A stretch of 64,000 bases of DNA from assembly GCA_963701965.1 (NCBI GenBank), contig OY969695.1:3936001-4000000 (forward strand), read 5' to 3'. The position numbers and the translations under genes are program-made. The notes below the pieces were generated by a model. The model made no database searches. It saw only the letters and a program-made list of their open reading frames with translations, and was not told the DNA's origin. Of the stretch, positions 21,581-31,311 are shown piece by piece (position 1 is the first letter of the stretch; each line of letters starts with the position of its first letter). The DNA is from an uncultured Gemmatimonadales bacterium. Its GTDB lineage: Bacteria; Gemmatimonadota; Gemmatimonadetes; Gemmatimonadales; Gemmatimonadaceae.

Positions 21581-22540
21581 TCAGCGCCAGACGGCGGGAT
21601 CTTCGAGTCCGAGCCGCCACAGCGCCAGCGTGGTGACGCCGAGTCCACGGACCCGCCGGGCGAGCGTATCGAGGAGCACGGCGTCGGCGACCCACACGGC
21701 TGACGAGTCGGGCCCGGTGGCGTGGAGATTGAGCGACGCCGGATCGCGCGCGAGCGCCGTGTGCCAGGTGCCCGCCAGCCGCTGGGCGTCGTCAAGGCCG
21801 ACGACAATACCCGCGCGTCGCGACGGCCAGTGGTATCCGTACACCGGGAGCGCGACGACGACGTGTTTGACGCGAGTCGGCCCACCCGCCTCGGCCAACC
21901 GCGCGCGGACCAGGTTGACCGTCCAGTCGGGCGAGGCAATGGGTCCGGGTGGCGCCGTCTGCCAATGCTCGTCGTATGCCATGACAATGACGCGATCGGC
22001 GTGCGACAGGATCGCGCGGACCGGATACGCCGCCGAGTCCACGCCGACCACGGTGACACTCACCGGCGCCACATGCCGCGCGTGCGCGGCCCGCGCCAGC
22101 GCTCCCACCGTGGCCAGATATGCGCCCGTATCGGCGGGCTTCACGTCCTCGAAGTCGATGACGAGCCCCTGATAGTGTCCGGCCGCCAGCATCCCGGCGA
22201 CTGCCTCGGCGGCCCGCTCCGCCAGCGTCGAGTCGGCGCCGAGGCGCCTTATGACCTCCGGCCGAAACCGTCCCCCGGAGGCGTTCGTCACCATCGCGAA
22301 GCGTGGTGCCGGCCCGCTCGGCGCGCTGTCCGGGTAGAGAAGCGACGGCTGGCCGGCGCTATCGAGCCCGATCCACGCCGAGATCACGGCGCCCAACGCC
22401 GCATCGTGCTGGCGGACGCTGGCTGTGCTGCGCGCGTCCCAGGGCGCGGTGAACCCCCAGTACCTCGTGGTGGCGGAGGCCAATGTCAGCGTCAACACAA
22501 CCGCGAGCCCCCCTCTCCGCGCCCACATCCACCGGCTCAT
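21581..22540 (-). CDS. Glycoside hydrolase family 18 protein
   Basis: GLVIDFE catalytic strand, VMAYDEH, PGPIA, LPVYGYHW, ALWRLGLED. Confidence 0.82.
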   Translation of the reverse strand: MSRWMWARRGGLAVVLTLTLASATTRYWGFTAPWDARSTASVRQHDAALGAVISAWIGLDSAGQPSLLYPDSAPSGPAPRFAMVTNASGGRFRPEVIRRLGADSTLAERAAEAVAGMLAAGHYQGLVIDFEDVKPADTGAYLATVGALARAAHARHVAPVSVTVVGVDSAAYPVRAILSHADRVIVMAYDEHWQTAPPGPIASPDWTVNLVRARLAEAGGPTRVKHVVVALPVYGYHWPSRRAGIVVGLDDAQRLAGTWHTALARDPASLNLHATGPDSSAVWVADAVLLDTLARRVRGLGVTTLALWRLGLEDPAVWR

Positions 22541-22554
22541 ATTTGCTCGATCGC

Positions 22555-23358
22555 ATGCGTGTACAGCTGCTGCTCGCCGGTCTCGCGCTCGTCGCGTGTT
22601 CGCCCGCCGAGTCGACCCCCGCCTCTACGGCTGCCCACAATGGCGTGCGGCAACCCGTCGACCCATCTCCCATCGCGCCAGGACGGCGGCCGTACGAGTT
22701 GGCGTCCGCGACGACCTACGGCCGGCTCGCCGGCGCCGTGACCTTCTCCGGCCCGACCCCGGCCGACACTGTCACCCACGTGGTGACCGACGTCGACGTG
22801 TGCGGCGCGACCCTCGTCGACGTCTCGGTGCGCGCGCGCGGCCCACGCCTGGCTGGCGCGGTCGTGTGGATCTCGGGCGTGCCCGCCGGCAAGCACCTGC
22901 CGTTCACCAAGCGGTTCGACGTGATGACCCAGGGCTGTCGCCTCAATCCCCGCGTGCAGGCCGCGGTCATCGGCGGGACCGTCAATGTCCGGAGCGCCGA
23001 CGCCACGACGCATCGCACGACCTTCGCGCGCAACGGCGATACGGTGGCCACCGTGAGCGAGACCGAGGACGGCCAGATCGTGCCCAACGAGGCCATCTTG
23101 GCCAAGGCCGGCCTCGTGGAAATCCGCTGCGCGCTCCACCCCTGGACGCACGGCTGGATCGCCGTGTTCGATCATCCCTACTTCGCGATGTCGAATGACG
23201 ACGGCGCGTTCACGATCGACTCCGTCCCGCCGGGGCGCTATCGCGTCACCGTGTGGCACGAGCGATTCGGCACCGTCGACGACAGCGTGACGATCGGCGC
23301 CGACGTTACCACCACGCTCAACTTGGCGTTCCGGCCACCAGCTCACCGCTCCCCCTGA
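22555..23358 (+). CDS. Lipoprotein with cupredoxin-like and carboxypeptidase-regulatory-like domains
   Basis: Lipobox LVAC; Q.GC...P.V, CALHPW, HPYFA...DG.F.I..VPPG.Y....WHE. Confidence 0.7.
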   Translation: MRVQLLLAGLALVACSPAESTPASTAAHNGVRQPVDPSPIAPGRRPYELASATTYGRLAGAVTFSGPTPADTVTHVVTDVDVCGATLVDVSVRARGPRLAGAVVWISGVPAGKHLPFTKRFDVMTQGCRLNPRVQAAVIGGTVNVRSADATTHRTTFARNGDTVATVSETEDGQIVPNEAILAKAGLVEIRCALHPWTHGWIAVFDHPYFAMSNDDGAFTIDSVPPGRYRVTVWHERFGTVDDSVTIGADVTTTLNLAFRPPAHRSP

Positions 23359-25099
23359 ACTGTCCCCGATAGAGGCGCGCGTAGGTACCATCGCGCGCCA
23401 GCAACACCTCGTGCGTGCCCTCCTCGACCAACCGTCCCCGGTCCAGCACCAGGACCCGGTCGGCCCGGCGCACGGTGCTCAAGCGGTGCGCGATGATCAA
23501 CGTCGACCGGCGCACGAGCAGCTCTTCCATGGCCTGTTCCACCAGGCGCTCGCTCTCGTTGTCCAGACTCGATGTCGCCTCGTCGAGCACCACGACCGCG
23601 GGATCTTTCAGGAATACGCGGGCGATCGCGATCCGTTGCCGCTGGCCGCCGGAGAGCTTGACGCCCCGTTCGCCGACGCGCGTCTCCAGTCCATCGGCCA
23701 GCCGCTCGATGAACTCCCAGGCGTGGGCGGCGCGGGCCGCGGCTTCCGTGTCGGCCTCCGACGCGCCGGGGCGCGCGTAGGCGATGTTCTCGCGGATCGT
23801 GCCGCTGAACAAGGCCGGCTCCTGGGGCACGATGCCGATCGTGCCCCGCAGGTCGGCGAACGACAACACCCGCACGTCGTGTCCATCGAGCGTGACGCGC
23901 CCTCCGGTCACATCCCAGAACCGCGGCAGCAGCGACGCGATCGTCGTCTTCCCGGCGCCGGACGGACCGACCAGGGCCACGACTTCGCCGGGCGCGATCG
24001 TCAGCGACACGTCGTGCAGCGCGTCGCTCGACTCCGGCGCATAGCGAAACGACACCCGCTCGAACTGCACCAGCCCCCGCACCGGACGGATCAACGGTTC
24101 GGGCGTCTCCGGTTCGGCGACCGTCGGCGTCATGGCCAGGAGCTCGAACACGCGCGTCGCGGCGCCCGCCGCCTCCTGATAGTTGCCGAACTGCGCGACC
24201 AACGTCCCGATCGCCGCGGCGACGGTGAAGGCGTAGAGGAGGAACGCCACCAACCCGCCGGGACTGAGCGCGCCGGCGAGCACGAGACGCCCGCCTTGCC
24301 AGAGCACCGCCACGACACCGGCGAACGACACGAACCCGACGACACCAAAGAACAGGGCGCGCAACATCGACCAATGCACCGCGGCGTCCACGACGACGCT
24401 CAACAGGGACCCGTAGCGCCGCGCTTCCTCTTCTTCGCGCACGAACCCTTGCACGGTCCGGATCTGCGAGAAGGCCTCGTCCGCGTGCCCCATCGCCTCG
24501 GCGACCTTGTCTTGCACGCCAGTGCTGGCCCGCCGGAGCGTCCGGCCGATGGACCAGGCGGCGAACACGACGAGGGGCGTGACGGCGAGGGTCGTCAGCG
24601 CCAGCGTGGGATGCGTCTGCGTGAGGAGTATCAGTCCGCCAATGAGAAAAATCACCTGGCGGGACGCTTCCGACACGTTGGTGTTGAGCAGCGCTTGCAA
24701 GATGGCGAGATCGGCCGAGAGGCGACTCGTCAACTCGCCCGTGCGGCGTTCCGTGAAGAACGAGGGCGAGAGGTGAATGACGTGCGCGAACACATCCTCG
24801 CGCAGCTGCGCGATCACGCGCTCCGTCGTGCTCGACAGCAGGTAGACCTGCACGAAGGTCATGATGCCCTGAAACGCGAACAGCGCGACCAGGGCGAGCG
24901 CGACGCCGTTCAGGAGATGCGCGTCGTGCCGCTGGAATGCCGCGTCGAGGAGGACCTTCACCTGCTGGGGGAAGATCAGCTGGACGGCGGCCGCGGCCAG
25001 CAGACACACTCCGGCGATCGCCAACCGACCCGCGTACGGACGAATGAGCGGCGCGAGCCTCTTGAGCGGCTCGGGCGACGCGACCCGCTGTCGGGTCAG
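23318..25099 (-). CDS. MsbA-like ABC transporter (fused permease/ATPase); start uncertain
   Basis: Six-TM domain, GELTSRL, GPSGAGKTT, LSGGQRQR, LDEATS, IAHRLST. Confidence 0.88.
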   Translation of the reverse strand: MTRQRVASPEPLKRLAPLIRPYAGRLAIAGVCLLAAAAVQLIFPQQVKVLLDAAFQRHDAHLLNGVALALVALFAFQGIMTFVQVYLLSSTTERVIAQLREDVFAHVIHLSPSFFTERRTGELTSRLSADLAILQALLNTNVSEASRQVIFLIGGLILLTQTHPTLALTTLAVTPLVVFAAWSIGRTLRRASTGVQDKVAEAMGHADEAFSQIRTVQGFVREEEEARRYGSLLSVVVDAAVHWSMLRALFFGVVGFVSFAGVVAVLWQGGRLVLAGALSPGGLVAFLLYAFTVAAAIGTLVAQFGNYQEAAGAATRVFELLAMTPTVAEPETPEPLIRPVRGLVQFERVSFRYAPESSDALHDVSLTIAPGEVVALVGPSGAGKTTIASLLPRFWDVTGGRVTLDGHDVRVLSFADLRGTIGIVPQEPALFSGTIRENIAYARPGASEADTEAAARAAHAWEFIERLADGLETRVGERGVKLSGGQRQRIAIARVFLKDPAVVVLDEATSSLDNESERLVEQAMEELLVRRSTLIIAHRLSTVRRADRVLVLDRGRLVEEGTHEVLLARDGTYARLYRGQFRGSGELVAGTPS

Positions 25100-25986
25100 A
25101 GGGGTACCCGCCGGTCGATGACCATGGCGACGAAGAGGAGCGCCAGGTAGAGCAGGGAGTACTTGTATACGGACCACGCGGGCTTCTGGAAGTCCGCGGC
25201 CCGTCGTACGGCCAGCACGCCGGCGAGGAGGATGGCCCAGAGGACGAGCGCGCTCACGAGATAGACCAAGCCCAACGCGCCGAACGCGACGGGGAGGACC
25301 GTCACCGCGCCCAACACCAGCGTGTACCACAGCATCTGGGACTTGGTCTCGGCCTCGCCCCAGACCAGTGGCGCCATCGGCACGCCGGCCCGCGCGTAGT
25401 CGCGCTGTTTGAGGAGCGCCAGGGCCCAGAAATGCGGGGGCGTCCAGTAGAACACGATCAGAAAGAGATACAGCGCGGCCAAATCCAGGCGGCCGGTGAC
25501 GGCGGCCCAACCGACCAGTGGCGGGAACGCGCCCGCGGCGCCGCCGATGACGATGTTCTGCGGGGTCGCGCGCTTGAGCCACCGCGTGTAGATGAAGACG
25601 TAGAAATAGAAGCCGGCGAGCGCCAGGGCGGCGGTCAGCACGTTCACGAAGTGCGCGAGGAGCCCCGTGGCCGCGGTGGCCAACGCGATGCCGAAGGCCA
25701 GCACCGCGGGCGCCGCCATGCGGCCGCTCGGGATCGGGCGCAGGCGCGTCCGGGCCATGAGATCGTCGATGTCGCGGTCCAGGTACATGTTGACCGCGTT
25801 GGCGCCCCCCGCCATGAGGTAGCCGCCCAGCGACACGATCAGCACGAGCCCCACGCTCGGATGTCCAGCGACGAACATCGGCGCCACGGTCGTCACCAGC
25901 AGCAGGGAAATGATCCGCGGCTTGGTGAGGGCGACCAGGTCCGCGAGCATGGACCGCGGCCGGTCCTGAACGTCGGCCCGGATCAC
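25096..25986 (-). CDS. ctaB: Protoheme IX farnesyltransferase (heme o synthase)
   Basis: LTKPRI, NMYLDRDID..M.RT..RPIPSG, YTRWLKR, NIVIGG.AG, WTPPHFWAL. Confidence 0.95.
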   Translation of the reverse strand: MIRADVQDRPRSMLADLVALTKPRIISLLLVTTVAPMFVAGHPSVGLVLIVSLGGYLMAGGANAVNMYLDRDIDDLMARTRLRPIPSGRMAAPAVLAFGIALATAATGLLAHFVNVLTAALALAGFYFYVFIYTRWLKRATPQNIVIGGAAGAFPPLVGWAAVTGRLDLAALYLFLIVFYWTPPHFWALALLKQRDYARAGVPMAPLVWGEAETKSQMLWYTLVLGAVTVLPVAFGALGLVYLVSALVLWAILLAGVLAVRRAADFQKPAWSVYKYSLLYLALLFVAMVIDRRVPL

Positions 25987-26903
25987 GTGGCGCTCCAGGT
26001 CAACGCCGCCGCCGGCTCGGGCGTGGCGGCCGGCACGCCGCGGCGCGCCAACGCGGCGCTGCCGAACGCGCTGATCCAGACCAGCGTTCCCACGGCCTGG
26101 TGCAGTGATTGGAACGGCGCCGGCAGATGCAGCTCCACCATCGCGGCGGCGACGACCACTTGGAGGACCACGACGAAGAACGTCCAGCGCGTGGCCAGCA
26201 CGATCGTACGGCCTTCCTGCCGCCGGCGGGCGCCGAGGGCGACGCCGAACAGGTGGAAGAACAGCACGACGGCCAGGACGCGGTGGGTGACCTGGAGCGC
26301 CAGCGGTGTCCCGCCCGCCAGGACACTGCGACACCACGGGAATCCCTGACACGACTGGGCGGCCGCCGGCACGTTCGCTACCAGAGCACCGAAGACGACG
26401 ACAATGAATGCCATCACGGCTCCGGCGCGCGCCGCGCGATACGTGCGCGGCGCCGCGTCACCCGGCGCCACCTGGGCTGCGCCGAGGCCGCCGCTCCGCA
26501 TCGCGGCCAGCATGAGCGCGGCCAGGAGCAACATGGCGAGCCCGTAGTGGACGACGATGATGTACGGGTTGGACAGGGAGAGCTCGACGATTACCGCGCC
26601 CACGCCGGCCGCCGTGATCGCCGTGCCCAGCGCCAGCGCCGCGGGCCGGAACGCACTGGCGCGCTGCCGGTAGGCGCTCACGCAGAGGGCGACCAATGCC
26701 ACGATCAGCGTCGCCGCCAGCAGCCGGTGCGTGTACTCGATCACCGTGGCAGTCTGCGCGAAGCTGGGTACCAGGGCGCTGTTGCAGTCCGGCCAATGCT
26801 CGCCGCAGCCCATGCCCGAACCGCTGATGCGCACGATGGCGCCGACGACGATGTGGGCGTAGGCGACGCCCAGCGCCAGCGAGGCGAGAGACCGCAGACG
26901 CAT
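25983..26903 (-). CDS. ctaA: Heme A synthase (COX15/CtaA)
   Basis: GAIVRISGSGMGCGEHWPDC, IEYTHR, second CxxFPxC, THR, LH; upstream of ctaB. Confidence 0.9.
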   Translation of the reverse strand: MRLRSLASLALGVAYAHIVVGAIVRISGSGMGCGEHWPDCNSALVPSFAQTATVIEYTHRLLAATLIVALVALCVSAYRQRASAFRPAALALGTAITAAGVGAVIVELSLSNPYIIVVHYGLAMLLLAALMLAAMRSGGLGAAQVAPGDAAPRTYRAARAGAVMAFIVVVFGALVANVPAAAQSCQGFPWCRSVLAGGTPLALQVTHRVLAVVLFFHLFGVALGARRRQEGRTIVLATRWTFFVVVLQVVVAAAMVELHLPAPFQSLHQAVGTLVWISAFGSAALARRGVPAATPEPAAALTWSAT

Positions 26904-26915
26904 GCCGAGTCGCCG

Positions 26916-27122
26916 TTACGTCGCCGTCGCGGCGCGCAGGACGTGCCAGGTCCAGATCAGGACGCCGAGGAGGCCGATCGCCGGGACGGCCGCCCACGTG
27001 GCGTCGACCAGCCAACGCGAGTCGCGGCGGCCGCGGACGACCGACCGGACGATCGCCGCGTGCGCGATCAGGCAGCCGGTGGCGGCAATCCAGAAGAGCG
27101 TGTGGAGCAACGTCGTTCGCAT
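26916..27122 (-). CDS. Small two-TM protein resembling the cytochrome c oxidase subunit II transmembrane segment
   Basis: FWIAATGCLIAH...DATWAAVPAIGL; first gene of the ctaA-ctaB operon. Confidence 0.5.
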   Translation of the reverse strand: MRTTLLHTLFWIAATGCLIAHAAIVRSVVRGRRDSRWLVDATWAAVPAIGLLGVLIWTWHVLRAATAT

Positions 27123-27196
27123 GACCACGGGAAAGATGGTCGGCCACGACGCGCTTTCCCAGTTTCGGCTCGCCCTTTTGTCCAGTATGCTCCGGG

Positions 27197-28573
27197 ATGG
27201 CAGATGGCGCCCCTGGCGCTCAGCTTCGCCGGCGCCTCGGGCTCGGGAGCGCCACCGCGGTGCTCATCGGCTCGACGATCGGCTCCGGGATCTTCCGGAC
27301 CCCCGCCGGGGTGGCGGCGCGCCTCCCGGGGCCGCTGCCCATGCTCGCCGTGTGGGCGACCGGCGGCCTGTTCGCGCTCTGTGGCGCGTTGACGCTCGCC
27401 GAAGTCGCCGGCGCGCTGCCGGAGACCGGCGGTCCCTATGTGTTCATTCGCGAGGCCTGGGGTCGGGCGGCGGCGTTCGTCTTCGGCTGGTCGGAACTGG
27501 TGATCATTCGCGCCGCGTCCCTGGGTGCGATCTCCACGACGTTCGCCGAATATCTGTTCCGCTTGATCGATCAGGTCACTGGCCGCGCCCCGCATCCCCA
27601 CCCGATCCACGCCGTGGCCGCGATCGCGATCGCCGTCACCGCCGTGTTCAACTACCTGGGTCTGGGGCTCAGCGCGGCGGTACAGAACGTCACGACGCTC
27701 GCCAAGTACGGCGGACTCCTGTTGCTCGTTCTGGTGGCCGCCGTGGTCGGCTTCGGCTCCGGGGGTGCGCGGCATTTCGCGCCCGCGGCGCCCGCGGGCA
27801 GCTTCACGCCGGCGGCCTTCGGCTTGGCGCTGGTGTCGGTCCTGTGGGCGTTCGACGGCTGGGCCGACCTGTCATTCGTGTCGGGGGAGGTCGCCGATCC
27901 CCGCCGCGTCCTCCCCCGCGCCATCATCGGCGGGACGTTGGCCGTGATCGCGATCTATCTCCTGGCCAACGTGTCGTACCTCGCCGTGCTCCCGATCGGA
28001 GACATTCGCGCCTCGCCGCTGGTCGCCGCCGACGTCGCCCAGCGCACCGTGGGCGGCTGGGGCACGATCTTCGTGTCGGCGACGGTCGTCGTGTCCACGT
28101 TCGGCACGCTCAACGCGACCCTCATCACGGCGCCGCGCATCTTTTACGCGATGGCCGCCGACGGGCTGCTCGCCCGGCGCGTCGCCGCCGTCCATCCGCG
28201 CTTCGGTACGCCCTACGTGGCGGTGGTTCTCGCGGCATTGCTCGGCATCGGGTTCGTGCTGCTCCGGACGTTCGACCAGCTGGCCGATACGTTCGTGACG
28301 GCGATCGTGCCGTTCTACGCGCTGAGTGTCGCCTCGGTCTTCGTGCTCCGCCGCCGTGCCGGCTACGCGCCGCCGTTCCGGGTGCCCGGCTATCCCTTGG
28401 TGCCCGCGCTCTTCGTGCTGGCCACCGCGTTTCTGTTGGTCAACGCCGTCGCCAGTCCGGCCAGCCGGTGGCCGACGCTCGCGGTGTACGCCGTCGTCTT
28501 GGCTGGTCTCCCCGTCTACGCGCTCACCGTCAGAAGATATGCACGTTCACGTATTTCCTCGGATGTTGCTTGA
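27197..28573 (+). CDS. APC family amino acid permease
   Basis: IGSTIGSGIF, GGPYVF..EAWG, WAFDGW, HPRFGTP, RVPGYP; about 12 TM helices. Confidence 0.9.
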   Translation: MADGAPGAQLRRRLGLGSATAVLIGSTIGSGIFRTPAGVAARLPGPLPMLAVWATGGLFALCGALTLAEVAGALPETGGPYVFIREAWGRAAAFVFGWSELVIIRAASLGAISTTFAEYLFRLIDQVTGRAPHPHPIHAVAAIAIAVTAVFNYLGLGLSAAVQNVTTLAKYGGLLLLVLVAAVVGFGSGGARHFAPAAPAGSFTPAAFGLALVSVLWAFDGWADLSFVSGEVADPRRVLPRAIIGGTLAVIAIYLLANVSYLAVLPIGDIRASPLVAADVAQRTVGGWGTIFVSATVVVSTFGTLNATLITAPRIFYAMAADGLLARRVAAVHPRFGTPYVAVVLAALLGIGFVLLRTFDQLADTFVTAIVPFYALSVASVFVLRRRAGYAPPFRVPGYPLVPALFVLATAFLLVNAVASPASRWPTLAVYAVVLAGLPVYALTVRRYARSRISSDVA

Positions 28574-29411
28574 AGTCGGCGGTGAGCGAGTCGAGCCGTC
28601 CGAGGAGGGAGTGCACGTCGTTGTAGAGCGCCGGGTCGTTCACCAGCTTGCCCGCGGAACCGCCGCCGGTGTCGATCTTGGCGACGACGGCGTCGAGGTG
28701 CGACGTCGTGTTGGCCAGATTGTTGGTGAGCGAGTTGAGGTTGGCGCTCGACGCGCGGAGATTCTGCACCGTGGAGTCGACCGCCGCCGAGTCGATCGCC
28801 GAGACGGCGCGATTGAGCGACGCCATGGTCTTGGAGAGTTGCTTCGACTGGTCGGAGGCGATCTGTCCCAGCATGCCGACGAGCTGATTGGTCCGATGGA
28901 GGGTCTCGCGCAGGTCGCCAATGGCGCCGCCCTGCACCAGCTCCACCTGCACGGCCTTTGACACGTCGCCCAACCGTCCGCTGATCGAGTCGAACTTGAT
29001 GATCAGGTCCCCGATGCCCGGTTGCGGCCGGCCCGCGGGCAGCGTGTCGCCGATCGGGATGTAGTTGCGCGACGGGCGATCGGGCTTGAGCGTCACCATC
29101 TGGTCGCCGAAGATCCCGTTGGCTTCGATGTTCGCCGTGGTGGAGACCGGGATGCGGTATTTCTTCTCGATGCTCAGGCGCACGCTGACGGTCCCGTCGG
29201 GCACCAGCTCGACGTCATCGACGTAGCCGACGCTCACGCCCGACAGCAGGACCGGCTGCCCTTGCTTGACGCCGGCGCCCCAGCGAAACCGGGCGTAGAG
29301 CGGATAGCCGGACGCGAATCCGCCGCGGACCAGCCATACGGTGCCGAAGACGAGGACCGCGATGGCCACGACCATGACGAGTCCCACCAGAACGGAATCG
29401 CGTCGATTCAT
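28530..29411 (-). CDS. mlaD: MlaD/MCE family protein
   Basis: N-terminal TM, MCE domain (GVKQGQPV.LSGV.VG.V), helical tail ending GKLVND..LY...HPRKY. Confidence 0.85.
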   Translation of the reverse strand: MNRRDSVLVGLVMVVAIAVLVFGTVWLVRGGFASGYPLYARFRWGAGVKQGQPVLLSGVSVGYVDDVELVPDGTVSVRLSIEKKYRIPVSTTANIEANGIFGDQMVTLKPDRPSRNYIPIGDTLPAGRPQPGIGDLIIKFDSISGRLGDVSKAVQVELVQGGAIGDLRETLHRTNQLVGMLGQIASDQSKQLSKTMASLNRAVSAIDSAAVDSTVQNLRASSANLNSLTNNLANTTSHLDAVVAKIDTGGGSAGKLVNDPALYNDVHSLLGRLDSLTADFKQHPRKYVNVHIF

Positions 29412-30232
29412 TGGAGATACTTGGCCAGGGCCGCGGCCGTGAGCGCGTCGAGCACGAGAATCCAGACCGAGGTGATGACGACCGCCTTGGCCGTCGAGCG
29501 TCCCACACCCTCGGCGCCCGCGCTCGTCACATATCCCTCGTACGAGCACAGAAAGCTGATGGCGCCCCCGAACATGAACGCTTTGACGAGACTATAGAAC
29601 ACTTGGAACGATGTGAATCCCAGCCGGAGCCCGTCGCGAAAGTCGAACCACTTGATGTCGGTGCCCAGGATCGCCGTGAGGTAGGCCGCCACGATGCCCG
29701 TGGCGTCGGCGAAAATGACGAGGAGGGGCAGCATGACCAACCCGGCAATCACACGCGGGACGACGAGATACGCCAGGGGGTCGTAGGCCAACGTCTCGAG
29801 GGCGTCGATCTGCTCCGTCACCCGCATGGTGCCGATCTCCGCGGTCATCTGGGCGCCGACCCGTCCCGCCAGCACCAGGCCCGTGAGCAGGGGACCAAGT
29901 TCGAGCACGAGACTCTGGCGGGTAACGAGGCCGACAACCGACAGCTGAATGCCCGGGAAGAGCTGGTAGCGGGACTGGAACGAGATGACGCTCCCGATGA
30001 ACGCCGACACCAGCACGACGAGGGGGAGCGAGTCGACGCCGACGGCCTTGAGCTGCTTGATCATCTCCGGACCGTAGGTCCGGGGCTCGGCCAAGGCGCG
30101 CATCATGTCGCCGGCGAAAAACGTCCGGTCGCCGACCCCGCGCAGCGTCCGCAGGACGGCGTCCGTCGTGCGCGTCCAGGCGCGCCATGCGATCCCCGGG
30201 GCGCGCGGTTGGGGCAGCGCGGCGCTGGTCAC
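29408..30232 (-). CDS. mlaE: MlaE family ABC permease
   Basis: ELGPLLTGLVLAGRVGA..TAEIGTMRVTEQIDAL, GAEGVG..T..AVV. Confidence 0.92.
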   Translation of the reverse strand: MTSAALPQPRAPGIAWRAWTRTTDAVLRTLRGVGDRTFFAGDMMRALAEPRTYGPEMIKQLKAVGVDSLPLVVLVSAFIGSVISFQSRYQLFPGIQLSVVGLVTRQSLVLELGPLLTGLVLAGRVGAQMTAEIGTMRVTEQIDALETLAYDPLAYLVVPRVIAGLVMLPLLVIFADATGIVAAYLTAILGTDIKWFDFRDGLRLGFTSFQVFYSLVKAFMFGGAISFLCSYEGYVTSAGAEGVGRSTAKAVVITSVWILVLDALTAAALAKYLQ

Positions 30233-31311
30233 GTGCGAACGCGGGCCAGGAGATAGGCGCCGGCGAGTCCGAACAGCAGGTTGGGCACCCAGGCCGCGAG
30301 ATCCGGGGGAATCAGCCCCTTGCTTCCGACGCCCTTGGTCAACTGGATGAGCATGAGGAACGCGATCGTGGTCGCCAGGCTGACGCCGACGCCATAGGCG
30401 GCGCCCCCGCGCTGGGTGCTGGTGGCCAGGGCGGCGCCGAACATCACGATGATGATGCAGGTGACGGGCACCGCGATCTTCTGCGCGCGCTCCACCCGCA
30501 GCTCGCCGGCGTCGCTGCCCGACCGCTCCGCCGCGCGGATATACCGCGTCAGGTCCTGATACCCCATGTCCTCGGGCTTGCGCGGGATCGCCATGAGATC
30601 AGCCGGGGTCTCTTGGAACCGGTTGTCGTGCACGGAGTCGAACTGCACCGTGAAGTTAGTGGTCGTATCGGGGACAATGTGCAAGACGCCGCGCGCCAGC
30701 GCCCACCCCCGGCCGTTGCTCCACGTGCCGTGATTCGCAGTGAGGATCACGGTAGGGTAATCCCGCCCGTTCCCTTTTCGTTCGATCTCGAGCCCGTCAA
30801 TGGTATGGCGTTGGGAGCTGAGGGCGCCGACGCGGTAGACGCGCCCTTCCGTCGCGGCATAGGTGAAGTTGTACCGGTCTGTGCCCGTCTTGAACTGGGA
30901 CTCTTCCAGGAGGTCGTTGCGCTTGGCGTTGGTGATCGGCACCAAGACGGAGAGGCCCAGACCGATGAGGCACGCGAAGGTGGCGCCGACATAGATGGGG
31001 GCGGTCATCCGATAGAAACTGATCCCCGTGGCCTTGGCGGCCGTGATCTCCGAATGGCGCGTGAACGCGCCGATCGAGAAAACCGTGGCGAAGAGCACCG
31101 CGGCCGGCAGCACGAGGAACATCGAGTCGGGGAGCCAGAACAGATAGCTCAACAGGATGTTGCCCGGCGGGATATTGCGGTTCAGATAGTCGTTGAGGTG
31201 GTCGACCAGGTCGATCACGATCACGAGGACCGGAAACCCGAGCCAGGTCGTCATGAAGATCTTCCACCACTCGGAGAAGACGTAGCGGTCGAGCGGCCGG
31301 GGACCCAGCAC
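30229..31311 (-). CDS. lptG: LptF/LptG family LPS export permease (LptG)
   Basis: LDRY, SEITA.KATGIS, AAWVPN; second of a tandem pair. Confidence 0.85.
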   Translation of the reverse strand: MLGPRPLDRYVFSEWWKIFMTTWLGFPVLVIVIDLVDHLNDYLNRNIPPGNILLSYLFWLPDSMFLVLPAAVLFATVFSIGAFTRHSEITAAKATGISFYRMTAPIYVGATFACLIGLGLSVLVPITNAKRNDLLEESQFKTGTDRYNFTYAATEGRVYRVGALSSQRHTIDGLEIERKGNGRDYPTVILTANHGTWSNGRGWALARGVLHIVPDTTTNFTVQFDSVHDNRFQETPADLMAIPRKPEDMGYQDLTRYIRAAERSGSDAGELRVERAQKIAVPVTCIIIVMFGAALATSTQRGGAAYGVGVSLATTIAFLMLIQLTKGVGSKGLIPPDLAAWVPNLLFGLAGAYLLARVRT

